A stretch of 64,000 bases of DNA, from assembly GCF_000142905.1 (NCBI RefSeq), contig NW_013657676.1:1-64000 (forward strand), given 5' to 3'. Below are positions 1 through 10,659 of the stretch, in pieces. Each line of letters starts with the position of its first letter. Position 1 is the first letter of the stretch. The position numbers and the translations under genes are program-made. A model generated the notes under the pieces. The model did not search any database and was not told the DNA's origin. It worked only from the letters and a program-made list of their open reading frames with translations. This DNA comes from Thecamonas trahens ATCC 50062 (lineage: Eukaryota > Protista > Apusomonadida).

Positions 1-1077
1 CCTACTACCATTTCGCCCGCCGTCACCCACGTCACGACCCCCCTCATCCCCCCTACCATACTCATTACGCCCGATCACTCCCAACCACCACCCTCACCCC
101 TACCCCACCACCATCACTTCCATCCCAGCCACAACTCCCACCGCCAAGCCCACCACCATCCCATCGCGCACTCGGCTTCCTCTTCTTCCTCCTCCTCCTC
201 CTCCTCTCCCCACTCTATCTCACCCTCATCCTCTACCCGGACCCCAACACTGCCACCGCCCAACCATCACATGCCTTACTGCCTATATACCAACCAACAG
301 CATTTCCAAGTCAACCATCCCCGACCCAGCTCCCTCAGCAGCCCTCGCCTCGCCGGCCACCAGCCGCCAGCCGCCGCCCGCTCGCCCGATCAGCCCACCT
401 TCATCACCACCTAGCTCCTTCCCACTACCAGCTACACAGCCCGCGACGACACGCAAGGTCATGTCACATTCCACACTATCTCCAGTATCAATATCGCTGT
501 CATCGATTCCCATCTTCCTCGGCTCATTTCCGCGTCGGCTTGTTTTGCCTAGGTGGTTGAGCACGTCCTCGACCGCTCGACCCCGCACACAACCCCCACC
601 AACCTCATTGCAAGATATGCCCAATCTGATTTCACTACTACTCTACTACATATCCACACTACCCCCTTGCACGGTCTCCAATCCACAGCTGCAGTATTCC
701 GGAATCCGAGTTCTGCCACCTGAGGCCCAACTTGTTCTCCTGGTGTCCCTTTGATGCTGGTGACCACCCCGCCCCTGGCCCATCTCCGACCCCCACTCCC
801 GACCATCCCCACCCACAGTGACCACATCCGCACCACACATGGCTTCATCACCCCGAGATACACAAGCACCTACTTTCCATCCCCCAATACCTTCCTCATC
901 TAACACAACCGACGTCAACAACATCGCCGCCGGCCAAATGCCGCCGACTACCCGCGTCATCTTCTCCGTCGAGGCATCGATTCTGACAATGTCTGCCTCT
1001 GCCGCACCTGCCAGACGCAGCGTTGCGTCGACTGCTTTCGTTTGTCATGCGCTTGTTTTTGAGATTGTGGCCGCCCC

Positions 1078-4000
1078 CTACATGAACTTCAAACGATGCC
1101 CCCAGCTCGCAAGACGATGCGTCACTGCGCTGGCGGTGCCATCCGTGAACGACACGTCGATGTCGACGAGGACCTTGAACTTGGCGAGCTGGGTCTCGAA
1201 CGCTTTCGGCTCAAAGAGCGCGTTGCGAGTTGCGTTGATGACCCGGAGCCCGACGTTGTCCTGCATGAGCAAGACAAATTCCCACAGCGCCTCCTCAGAC
1301 ACGTAGTTGCCGGCAACTGAGAGGCTCGCGACATGTGTGTTGCCCACGAGCGCCCTGCCCAGCGCCAGTAATCCAGCGTCCTCGGCCGAGGTGTCGGACA
1401 CGTCCAGAGACGTCAGTTGTGGCAGGCTTACAATCGCAGACGCCACGCCCTGGATTCCGCTCGCCCCGAGCGAGTTGTTTTTCAGTACAAGCTTCTCGAG
1501 GACACAGCTTCCAGTTCCGAGCGCAGCAGCGAGCCCGGCGCCAAACTTCTTACCGAGCGAGTTGTTCGAGAGATCGAGCTCGGTTAGCATCCTGCTTCGT
1601 GCTACGCCCTCCATCAGCTTGAGCGCCATCTTGGACGAGAGAGCGTTGGAGCCAAGCGCAAGTTCGCGCAGGTGCCGGTTGACCGCCAGCGACATACTGA
1701 GCAGCTCGACGCCGCCGGATTCGATCGAGGCATGCTCGGCCTGCAGAACTCGAAGCGTGGCGTTGGTCGCCAGCTCCTCCGCTAGCTCTCGAAAGCCTTT
1801 TCCCACTGAGTTGTGCGAGATGTCGAGAACGCCAACTGCGCCCAAACGCTCCACAATTCCGGCCATGTGCTTGCTCTTGAGGTTAAACTCGCCAAGCCCG
1901 AGCACGTACATAGTAATCCCTTCGTGAAGTTTCTCGACCAACATCGCCGTCGAGCTCGAGGACATGTCGTTGTACCCGATGTTGAGCGAGGCGAGTGACG
2001 TACCGTGGCGGATGTTGACCATGAGACCGTGCTCAAATCCAAAATCGGTGATGCGGTTGTGCGAGATGTCCAGGTAAGTGATGGTAGACTCTTCGTCGTA
2101 AAGCCGCCCTCCAAACCCGATGATGGCCTCGTCGTCCATCTTACAATCAACAAACGACACATGCTGCAGCTCTTGTTTGCCGGCGTGCAGCCCACTCTTG
2201 AGCTCCGACACGGCCTCCTTGCCGCACAGCTCATTTCCGTCAAGAACCAGCTTGTTCAGCGGCACAATGAACGAAAGACCTGCTGCGAGTCGCGAGTACT
2301 GCTCCGCTGACTGCAGCTCGCACCTGCTCACATCGACGGTCGCGATTGCAAAGGTCAAACCAAGCGTCGCCATAATCTCCACTGCTGCGCCGAGGCGGTC
2401 CTTACGCGCGCCAATACGCGAGTCGGCAAACGAGACACGCGTCAGCCGCATCTGCCCCGGCACCATGAACGCATCTCGCTCCAGTGCGCCCAAGCTCTTG
2501 ATGGCAAAGTTGAGCACCCGCAGCTGCGACGTCGACGACCGCGCGTCCGTCACATCGAGGCTGGTCCACGGCCTTCCCTCGTCCATTGCCGAGTGCAGTC
2601 GATGGAAGATCGAGACCAGCGGCGGGCTGCTCTGATTGACGCACTGTGCGTGGTAGTGCTCCACAAACCAGTCCAGGTCCGAATACGGGATGTTAGGCGC
2701 TCGCGTCGCCGCTGGCTGGCATGCAATCCGGAGCGGAAGCGGCTCGCGCGGCAGCAGCCACATCGACTCGTCCAACACAAGGATTGGATGGTCGTACAGT
2801 GCGTCCGAGTACACTAGCAGGATGTAGTAGCCTGAGAGCAAGTCGAGAAACTCAACTGCTACACACGCGCCACCCGTGATATCAAACTCAACTTGCTGCA
2901 CGGACGCCCCAGCCACGCCTTCGCGTAGGTGGAGCACGACTCGTCCTCCGCCACCAACCGCTCCCTGCCATCCGACTAGGTTCGGCAAGTGTTGCGTCTT
3001 GCCACTCGATCGGTAAAATCCGTAGAACTTGGGCGCCGCTCCGCGCACGTCAATGTACACGCCGTCCTGCGCCACGCCCAGCTGTGCATACATCCCGTTC
3101 GTCTTGGCACGACCCTTGAACATGGTCGCCCCGTAGTTAGGCGACTGCTGCGAAGTCTCCACGTACACTTGCAGTGCCTTCGAGAGCTCGATATCTCCTA
3201 CCGCGCTGTACGCCGCAAGTAGTCGGTCTTCCCACAGCTTGGGCGGGTACCGCTCGATGAGATACGGCGGCAGGTAGTATCTGAGGATCGAGACGTCCGA
3301 GAGAAAGCCTTTGTAAAAGGTATTGGGTCGAAATGGACCATTGGAAATGACCAGCTGGAGGCCGGCCAGCTTGATCGCCAGCCGCTCCGAGAGAATCATT
3401 GAGCCGTCCATCATGTTAGACAGCAGCTGCTCCTTGAGCACCGTCAGCAGCGGAACCGACGGCTTAACCGGAATCTTAAAGTACTTGACCCGGAGGTAGA
3501 GCAGCGTGCCGTGCGTGATACCTTGTGCCTGGATTGGCTCGGGCGCAAAGACATACGTTACGATGCTCTGTTCATCGCCCGAGTCCAGCACAACGAGCTC
3601 CATGAGCTCGGCCTCGGCCCGGCTGAGGTTCGCCCGCGCGCAGCAAAAGTTCTCCAACTCCTCACCAGTCCAGCTCGAGTTGACCATGAGCTTCTTGGTC
3701 GAGTCGTCAGGCGCCTTCAGCCGCACCACAATCGTGTCCTGATCCACATCGGTCTTGCGCACCGTGGCATGCTCAGCAAAGACAGAGACTTTGTCCTTGA
3801 GCTCTTCCCGTAGTCTCCGCAGCGAGATCGGCGGGTCGTCGTTGGGTGTTACAATCGGGAACGGCGCCACGTAGCCAGCAGACGAGCTTGATCGCGCGAC
3901 AATGACTTCAGGCGCCCCGCCGGTGGCCTTGCTCGACTGCCGCCGTGGCCCAATGGACGACCGTCGCGCGAGCGAAAGCCGCCGGAGCCGCCCCTCGCCC

Positions 4001-4620
4001 TCCGTTGACGACATGTCGTCGTCCGACGCCATGCCCGACGCCGTCCGCCGATAAAAGTCAGCCAACGAGCCAAAGCCGACACCATCAACTACCTCGCCGT
4101 CGCCGTTGCCGTCGCTCGACGACGACTCGGTCCTGCTGTCGAACGAGGCCACGTCGCTGCCACTGCCGTCGCCGCCGCCTACACCAGTGCCGCCGCGCGC
4201 GCCACTACCAAACTCCTGTGCCTCCAGCAACAGCAATCGTGGCGTCTTACCGCTGCTGTTGAGCACTTCCCAATCTGCGCCGCGCTTGGCCAGACTCCGC
4301 GCTAGCTTCCAGTGCCGGTTGAGCAGCGCGAGATGCAGCGGCGTGTTTCCGGTTGGCCCTGCCGCCGCATTGATCTTGCTCCCTGCTTTGATCAGCACCT
4401 TGGCCATGTCACGCTTCCCGCACACACACGCAAAGTGGATCGGCAGCCAGTCTTTCACGCCATCACGCACATCCACCATACCCCGTCCGTGCTTGCGGAT
4501 CATGCCCACCACCTTGCGCACATTCCCATGCCCGACCGCCCTAAAGAACGACTTGACCACCGTCCGCTCGTTACACACCCTACCCCTTCCAACCCCTGAC
4601 CCACTGCTACTGCTTGCCAT
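1078..4620 (-). CDS. Ankyrin-repeat + FERM (band 4.1) + RI-type LRR protein (Dictyostelium FrmC-like architecture)
   Basis: 1180-aa ORF. N-terminal ankyrin motifs (LPIHFAC, GNTPLHLAL); FERM hallmarks (LYLRVKYF, AIKLAGLQL, YLPPYL, YVE..QQSPNYGATMF); C-terminal ribonuclease-inhibitor-type LRRs (LDISHNRI, LDLSNNSLG, LVLKNNSLG). Confidence 0.85.
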   Translation of the reverse strand: MASSSSGSGVGRGRVCNERTVVKSFFRAVGHGNVRKVVGMIRKHGRGMVDVRDGVKDWLPIHFACVCGKRDMAKVLIKAGSKINAAAGPTGNTPLHLALLNRHWKLARSLAKRGADWEVLNSSGKTPRLLLLEAQEFGSGARGGTGVGGGDGSGSDVASFDSRTESSSSDGNGDGEVVDGVGFGSLADFYRRTASGMASDDDMSSTEGEGRLRRLSLARRSSIGPRRQSSKATGGAPEVIVARSSSSAGYVAPFPIVTPNDDPPISLRRLREELKDKVSVFAEHATVRKTDVDQDTIVVRLKAPDDSTKKLMVNSSWTGEELENFCCARANLSRAEAELMELVVLDSGDEQSIVTYVFAPEPIQAQGITHGTLLYLRVKYFKIPVKPSVPLLTVLKEQLLSNMMDGSMILSERLAIKLAGLQLVISNGPFRPNTFYKGFLSDVSILRYYLPPYLIERYPPKLWEDRLLAAYSAVGDIELSKALQVYVETSQQSPNYGATMFKGRAKTNGMYAQLGVAQDGVYIDVRGAAPKFYGFYRSSGKTQHLPNLVGWQGAVGGGGRVVLHLREGVAGASVQQVEFDITGGACVAVEFLDLLSGYYILLVYSDALYDHPILVLDESMWLLPREPLPLRIACQPAATRAPNIPYSDLDWFVEHYHAQCVNQSSPPLVSIFHRLHSAMDEGRPWTSLDVTDARSSTSQLRVLNFAIKSLGALERDAFMVPGQMRLTRVSFADSRIGARKDRLGAAVEIMATLGLTFAIATVDVSRCELQSAEQYSRLAAGLSFIVPLNKLVLDGNELCGKEAVSELKSGLHAGKQELQHVSFVDCKMDDEAIIGFGGRLYDEESTITYLDISHNRITDFGFEHGLMVNIRHGTSLASLNIGYNDMSSSSTAMLVEKLHEGITMYVLGLGEFNLKSKHMAGIVERLGAVGVLDISHNSVGKGFRELAEELATNATLRVLQAEHASIESGGVELLSMSLAVNRHLRELALGSNALSSKMALKLMEGVARSRMLTELDLSNNSLGKKFGAGLAAALGTGSCVLEKLVLKNNSLGASGIQGVASAIVSLPQLTSLDVSDTSAEDAGLLALGRALVGNTHVASLSVAGNYVSEEALWEFVLLMQDNVGLRVINATRNALFEPKAFETQLAKFKVLVDIDVSFTDGTASAVTHRLASWGHRLKFM

Positions 4621-4771
4621 ACTAGGCCGCCCTTCCCTCCTCCACCTCCTTCCCTTCTCTGGCTCTACCTCCTTGACCCTCGCGCCAAGTGTATCTCCGC
4701 ACCCTCACCCACCTCTCTTCGCCACCACCTGTCGCCCGCACACGCACACACACCTTCTCCCGCCGCCGCAC

Positions 4772-5860
4772 ATGGCTACCTCTGTCCCACACCTCAAGCC
4801 GGTCCAGGTCGAGCTGCTCACCTCGTGCAACCTATGCTTCTTCAACACAGCCTGTACTGTCTGGGTCTCCTCGGCCTTCCGTCACTCAGTCCCGCACATC
4901 CCTCATCGCTCGTGCGCGCCGCTCGCCGATGCCACCGACCTCCATCTCATTTTTACAGCCCATGGCCTGACGAGGAACGCGCGTGACTTTGACATGCTTG
5001 CCACTGCTCTTGTTGACGCTGATCGGGAGCATACTGCTGTTATCTGCATCGATGTCGTCGGTCGCGGCGAGAGCGACTGGCTCCCCCCGTTTGCCCACTC
5101 TGAGTACGGCTACCCGCTTTACACTGCCCAGGCTGCAGCCGTTCTCGGCTGCTTTGACGCTTCCTCCGCCGGTCGCGTCTCTTGGGTCGGCACGTCGATG
5201 GGTGGCATCATCGGCATGGCGCTTGCGGCCCGCTCGTCGTGCCCGTTTACCACCCTTGTCATCAATGACGTTGGCCCGCTGGTACCAAAGGCTGTGCTCA
5301 AGCGTATCGGCACGTACCTCGCCCACCGCCGTGAGCTGGCTTTTGAGTCACTCGACGAAGTCAAGGCCCACTTCAAGGACGTTTACGCCCCCTTTGGCAT
5401 CAGCTCGGAGGCCCATTGGGACCACCTCGTCGAACACGGCGTCGTTCACTCGACCAAGCCGCCGTATGTGCTGGCGTGCGATCCGGCAATCGATACACCC
5501 ATCCAGCCGCCGTTTGAGAGTGATGTCGACATGTGGGCCATGTGGGACGCTATTGCTGTCGCCAACCCCTCACTCCGCGTCGGCCTCATCGGCGGCTCTG
5601 ACTCGGATCTCCTTCTCCCGGACATCCGCGACCGCATGGCGTCGTCCGGTCCGGGCCTTGCGGCCGGCTGCGTCATCTTTGACGGCGTCGGCCACGCACC
5701 GGCGCTCATGACCCTCGACCAGATCGCGGCGGTTCAGGCCATGCTCTTTGTTGTGCCTCCCGACGACGACTCCTCGTCAGAGGCCTCCGTGCCAACCGCG
5801 CTCTCGCCACCAGCCGAGGCCGCCGTTGACGCCGGCTTGATCCGCCCTGCTGTCCCATAG
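4772..5860 (+). CDS. Alpha/beta hydrolase, proteobacterial-type
   Basis: ATG at 4772 is in frame with ORF 4106-5860. Motifs HGLTRNARDFD, DVVGRGESDWL, nucleophile elbow WVGTSMGG, NDVGP, and catalytic His in GVGHAPAL. Intronless. Confidence 0.85.
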   Translation: MATSVPHLKPVQVELLTSCNLCFFNTACTVWVSSAFRHSVPHIPHRSCAPLADATDLHLIFTAHGLTRNARDFDMLATALVDADREHTAVICIDVVGRGESDWLPPFAHSEYGYPLYTAQAAAVLGCFDASSAGRVSWVGTSMGGIIGMALAARSSCPFTTLVINDVGPLVPKAVLKRIGTYLAHRRELAFESLDEVKAHFKDVYAPFGISSEAHWDHLVEHGVVHSTKPPYVLACDPAIDTPIQPPFESDVDMWAMWDAIAVANPSLRVGLIGGSDSDLLLPDIRDRMASSGPGLAAGCVIFDGVGHAPALMTLDQIAAVQAMLFVVPPDDDSSSEASVPTALSPPAEAAVDAGLIRPAVP

Positions 5861-5905
5861 CCGCCTCCCACCAACCACAACAACTTGTGTGAGCCCTTTC
5901 ATCTT

Positions 5906-8156
5906 TCATTGTGTCACAATCTTGCCCAGAGTGTACACCATCAGGCCGGGCACCTGCGCAAACAGATCAAGCAGGTCATCGGTGTTGATGGCCATTACCG
6001 AGGTGCCGTCGGCGGTGGCTGAAATTGTACATCGCGAGGTGTGGTCCGAGAGAATAGCGTCGGTGTCGCACACAAACGCGCCCGGAGGACACTGGATGGA
6101 GCGCTTGGATGAGCCCGGGAACGAGACGGTCACCTCGCCCGAGCATACTAGATACTGCTCGCTCGGGTCCTCGCCTCGGCGACGCAGGACCTCATCGCGT
6201 TCGATGCCCCGGAACTGCATGATGGCCTCGAGCTGGACCCGGTTCGACGAGAGCATCTTGCCAAAGATCGAGTGCTTAGAGGTGACCTTGCGGACCGAGT
6301 GCTCCACCACGTTCTCGAACACCGTCGTCAGCCGCCTGGCAATGTCCGTCCCGCGGCAGAGCCGGAGAAAGTTGTGCCGCTTGATCTCGATGAGTTCTGC
6401 GTCCGTGGCGCAGTAAAAGTCGGCGTGCCTGTCCTGCTGCATCACCACCGCGAGCTCACCAAAGTAGTCGCCGACTACATACTGGCCCGGCGCTCCGCGC
6501 TCGGCCACCACCCCGGACATCACCACGTAGCTCTTGTCGGGCTTGTCGCCCTCCTTGAAAATGATGTCGCCAGCGGCGTACGCAACGATGTCGATGTTGG
6601 CCAGGAGCTTGCGAACCGACGCTCGCGTCGCAACCAGGTCTTTGTAGATAAAGATGTGTGAGAAGAGGTCGACGACCTCGTTGCGCGGGTCGCCGACGTC
6701 GCCGACGTTCAGCGCCACCGTCTCGCCCTCGATCGCTCGCTGAAGGCCGTCGAGTCCGGCAACTGCCTTCTCGGCCGCATGCACTACATACAGCCGCGAC
6801 CGCGTGCTCTCGTCGAGCTCCGCAAGCAGTGAAATCGGTGTGTGGATCGGCGGCACGCCGGCCTCATGCAGAATGAGGTCGGCCCAAAGTTGAAGTTCAT
6901 CAGCTGCTCTCGCCGCGAAGCCCCGATCGTCCCGTTGGCCTCCATCTCTGCGAGCAGCTCCGGGTTGTAGCACGTGTCGCCCGAAAACGCAATCGTCTTA
7001 CCGGCGTACTCAGCCTGGAACGAGATGCATGGGATGGTGTGGAGCGAGTACTGGAACGTGATGTCGCCGCCATGAACCCGAATCGGTGCCCCAATCTTGA
7101 CCGGCACAAACCGGAAGAGATTTGAGATAAACTCCTCTGAAAAGCCCGAGATGGCCGCGTACTTGCGGAGAAACGAGCCGAGGATCGTCGGCGTCGTGAT
7201 GAGCCGCACGTTCGACGAACGGAGGATCTTCTGGAACGACCCGGCATCATGGTCTGCGTGGCAGTGCGAGAGAATGATCGAGTCGATGAGCCGCGGTGCA
7301 ATGCCCATCCGCATCAGCACGTCGCCCGTGTACGGCGGCGGGTCAACAATCACGCCGCGCTTGCCCATCCACAGGATAAAGCCCGACGTCTTGCCTGCTG
7401 GGTCAAAGCCGTGCGAGGTGCCGACAAACGTGACGCCAAACTCGGGTGGCACAAAGAGCGTCGAGATAAGCTTCTCAGACTCGGCTGGGGACGCAGAACC
7501 CATCTGCACAGACAGCGGAAACTCGGAAATGACACTGCCGCCCTCGGTCACCCGGAACGACTCGGCAATCGGGTTGACCTCAATGGCCACCACCCCGTCG
7601 AGCTCCACCCGAAAGTCGTCATTGAAGACCTTGAAATCGATCAGGTCAGACACCTTGAGCGGCTCTTCCTTGTACCGCGGGTCGCCCAGATCGCGGCCCT
7701 CTTTGACAAAGTCTGGCCACGCGTCGCGCGGGACGTCCGCCGGAAAATCAATCGCCAGCGACGAGAGGTCCACAGGCCCAAGCAGCGTCTCCTGGAAAAT
7801 CGTCCGCATCCGCTCCGCCACGTGCGCCTGCACAATGAGCGTCACCTTGCGCTTGCGGATGAAAAGTTAAAGTACGTCGGGAACTCAAACTCGGCAAAGT
7901 TGAGACATCGCGTCCGATCAAACATCTCGCCAAAGACCACAAAGTACGTCGGGACGTCGAGCTGTGCCCGCATCGAGTCCTTGATCGTCTCTGGTGGAAT
8001 GCCAAACTGGACAGGCCCGGCCACCGTCTCCACCACCACTCCGCCATGCTCCAGCGGAATGGGCTCAGACGGCATGCCCCTCTTCTTGGTCGCTCCAGCC
8101 TTACCGCGCTTCATGTCGGACACCCTGCTCTCTCCACCACAACAGCAGCACGCCAT
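5906..8156 (-). CDS. Cyclic-nucleotide phosphodiesterase: metallo-beta-lactamase domain + two cNMP-binding domains (PdeD/PdeE = GbpA/GbpB-like); two apparent 1-nt frameshifts
   Basis: Three overlapping ORFs (7842-8156, 6784-7845, 5906-6973) join into one protein: GPVQFGIPPETIKD, GTSHGFDP, HCHADHDAG metal site, HEAGVPPIHTP, then IFKEGD...YVVMSG...GDYFGELA (cNMP). The frame is restored by +1 nt at ~7862-7865 and ~6883-6888. Confidence 0.85.
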
Positions 8157-8853
8157 ACTGCCGCTCCTGGTCGCTCCAGCTCTCGCTCTTGCCTCGCGCC
8201 TCTTGCTCCCCGCTGCAAGGCTTCTCGGTCGTCACCCGCTGCTCGCTCCGACGCCGTGCTTCTTCTCGCCCTCGACCTAGACAGCAAGCTGTGGCCAGTC
8301 AGAGTGGAGCACCCAACTCTGCTGTATTCCCTCGCCTCTCTTCGGCCTCAACTTGCCTGCCTCCCGTGGCTGTGGCAAGAGGTGTGTCGTTCCTCCCACC
8401 CCCCACCCGTCCCGGCCTCCACCACCCAAAAGACGGTTGAACCGCAAGAGAAGTCATCGATGGCAAGGTCCACTGACCCGGCAAAACAAATATTTTGACT
8501 GTGGTGTTGGCGCAAACACAACAGCAGAGCCATGTGCGCCTATGCTTATCGACAGCGAGTGCACTGCCTGTCTTACGTGGATCCCCCTCCGAGTAGCGGG
8601 TGCCAAGGCTTTCCGGGTCGGTGGTTGGCTTGTGCGTGAGTGAGGTGAGTGGCTGGAGCGTTGTGAGAAGAACCCCGGTAGAAGCGATCTGATATGGCTG
8701 TCTCCGACCGACTGGCCGGCCGGCCGGTCTTCCTCCCAGTCTTGATCGTCAGCCCCAGCGCCAGACTGCAAGTTCACATCATACCTATCGACTCACTACA
8801 CCTTGGCTAACCCGTCGAGCGGTACGCTGGCCTGGTCCAAGCCTTGTTTGCTA

Positions 8854-10373
8854 TCTACTAGTTTAGAGTGTGTGAGAATCAGTTTAATGATGTAGACTAG
8901 AGGGTCCACAACCAACCGAACGTCGGACGAAGCCCCCGACCGTAGGAAGGGACTGTCCGGGCCCGTCTGGCGCCAACTTACTCGTGAGCCTCGTCATACG
9001 CATGAAGCGCTTGGACTTGGGGCCTGGCCTTGGGTAGGGGTCAGGACGTGGATCGGACCGGCGTGAGCCGGGCCGATTAGAACAATTATGCCGCCCTGCA
9101 CGGGTGCAGGGGTTAGTTATCCAGCCTTACGGCAGGGGGTCTCCGACCCGATAAGGTTGCATCGGATCTTGGGTGCAGGAGGAGGTCTTGTCCAGAAAGA
9201 GGGGGGAATGGGGGAAGGGGGCGAAAAAGGGGGTAAAATGGCGTGTTGGGGGGTAAAGAGATGGGCGTTGGAGATGGCGTTGAAGATGGCGTTGACAATG
9301 GACGAGACACAGCAGCGCTGTTGAGAGCTCCTGTGTTCCAGATCGTGTGCTGGAGAGTTGTTGCATGGAGTTAAGCAGAGAAGCACCTACAGGAACTGCA
9401 GGGTGCCACCTGCCGTGGGATTGTACGCCGGCCCTAAGTACCGCGAACCACTGATCTCACTACGGCGAGAAGACGGCCGCCACATAGGACATCCGTAAGT
9501 GGTGCGGCGTACAACTTGTTGGGTGCTCAACATCGACTGCAGGATACTCTAGTCACTTGGAATCCCTCACTGGGGCGCCGACGACCGATATTCCTTCAGA
9601 TCCCACCCTCCAAGAGGCCGACCTCTGTCCTGGTTGCAGCTCAGGACCACCGAGCATCCGGCGGTCCACCAGGGAGAGGTTGGCAATATGGATGATAATG
9701 CCGACAACATGTGACGACACTGGTTGCCGTCGGCGGACCGACGGCGGGATGGACACACATCCCATGGGGGGTTAGGAGGATCAGCGTGAGCGGGGCGCAT
9801 GCGCCCTCGCCCCGCTGATCCGTCCACACCTCGCAGCGCCGTTTAGGGACGGATCCCTGACCGCAACCATCGGGGGCGACAAACGGTAGGTGCACCTACC
9901 GCCGGTCAACCCCCTTCGAATGAGACCGCACCCCCTTGCGGACTCCGGTCGCATGACGTTTGGCGGGTCATTTCTGACCACGAGGAAGGATGTGCAAGGG
10001 CGCCAGACGGACTACGTCCTGGCGCCCAGGGGGCCGGCTCCTCCCCTGGCCCCCCTTCCTGGTGGTACACGCTCCTCGGCCTGCTCAAGACCGCGGGTGC
10101 ACCCCCGGCCACGGGCAGAGCCCGTGACTGGTTGCTACCCTTCGCCCGGTGCCCTGAGCGCGGATGAAGCCGAAGGTCGCGCGACCCCAAAAATTACATT
10201 GTCCACGACTCCCGCACTGTCCAAGGACAGTACGGCCCCCTCATGTAGGGGGTCTCCCAGGGTGTGCACTGTGTCATCCACACCACAGCCCTGTTTGTCA
10301 CCGGGACTCCCGACCGCGAGCCTGCGAGCGGGAGGGGTAATTCCGGAGAGAGGAGTCCTCTACTAGTTTAGAG
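8854..10373. other. Structured segment lacking a recognisable ORF, flanked by an exact 15-bp direct repeat (candidate non-autonomous mobile element or ncRNA)
   Basis: TCTACTAGTTTAGAG at 8854-8868 and 10359-10373; several near-perfect hairpins inside. Confidence 0.35.
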
Positions 10374-10659
10374 ACGAAAGCCTGCCAAAAGCTCAGGCCA
10401 AAACGGCGATCATTCATACCATTCAGACAGGACTTGTTCACAGTAGTGCCCTCCCCTCACCCCCCTTCCCGCCCCATTCATCTCCCTCTCTCCATCTCCC
10501 TCTCCCTCTCCCTCTCCTTCCCTTCCATCTCCCTGATCTTCTCCCGATCCCATACCCCATCCATCATTCGTGTCCTCGCCCACAATCAACTGTTCGACTT
10601 CAGGCGAATTCGGCGTCGACGGCATTCCTCGCCACCCGTCGCCCTCGTCCTCGCCCAGC

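Noticed and set aside
1-1077. Short ORFs in the C-rich start of the window
   Set aside because: Low-complexity sequence with no recognisable domain or consistent codon bias.
8854-8868. 15-mer superficially resembling CRISPR repeat fragments (TCTACT.. and GTTT.AGAG)
   Set aside because: Only two copies, 1.5 kb apart, with no spacers and no cas genes, in a eukaryotic context.
8700-10373. Hammerhead, HDV-like, group I/II intron or telomerase RNA identity for the structured region
   Set aside because: CTGACGA (minus strand, ~8746-8752) lacks a matching GAAA. The HDV-like L3 candidate (~9980, minus) lacks P1/P3 pairing. There is no group II domain V. The GACTA/TAGTC pair lacks the rest of a group I core. 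No 1.5-repeat telomere template was found.
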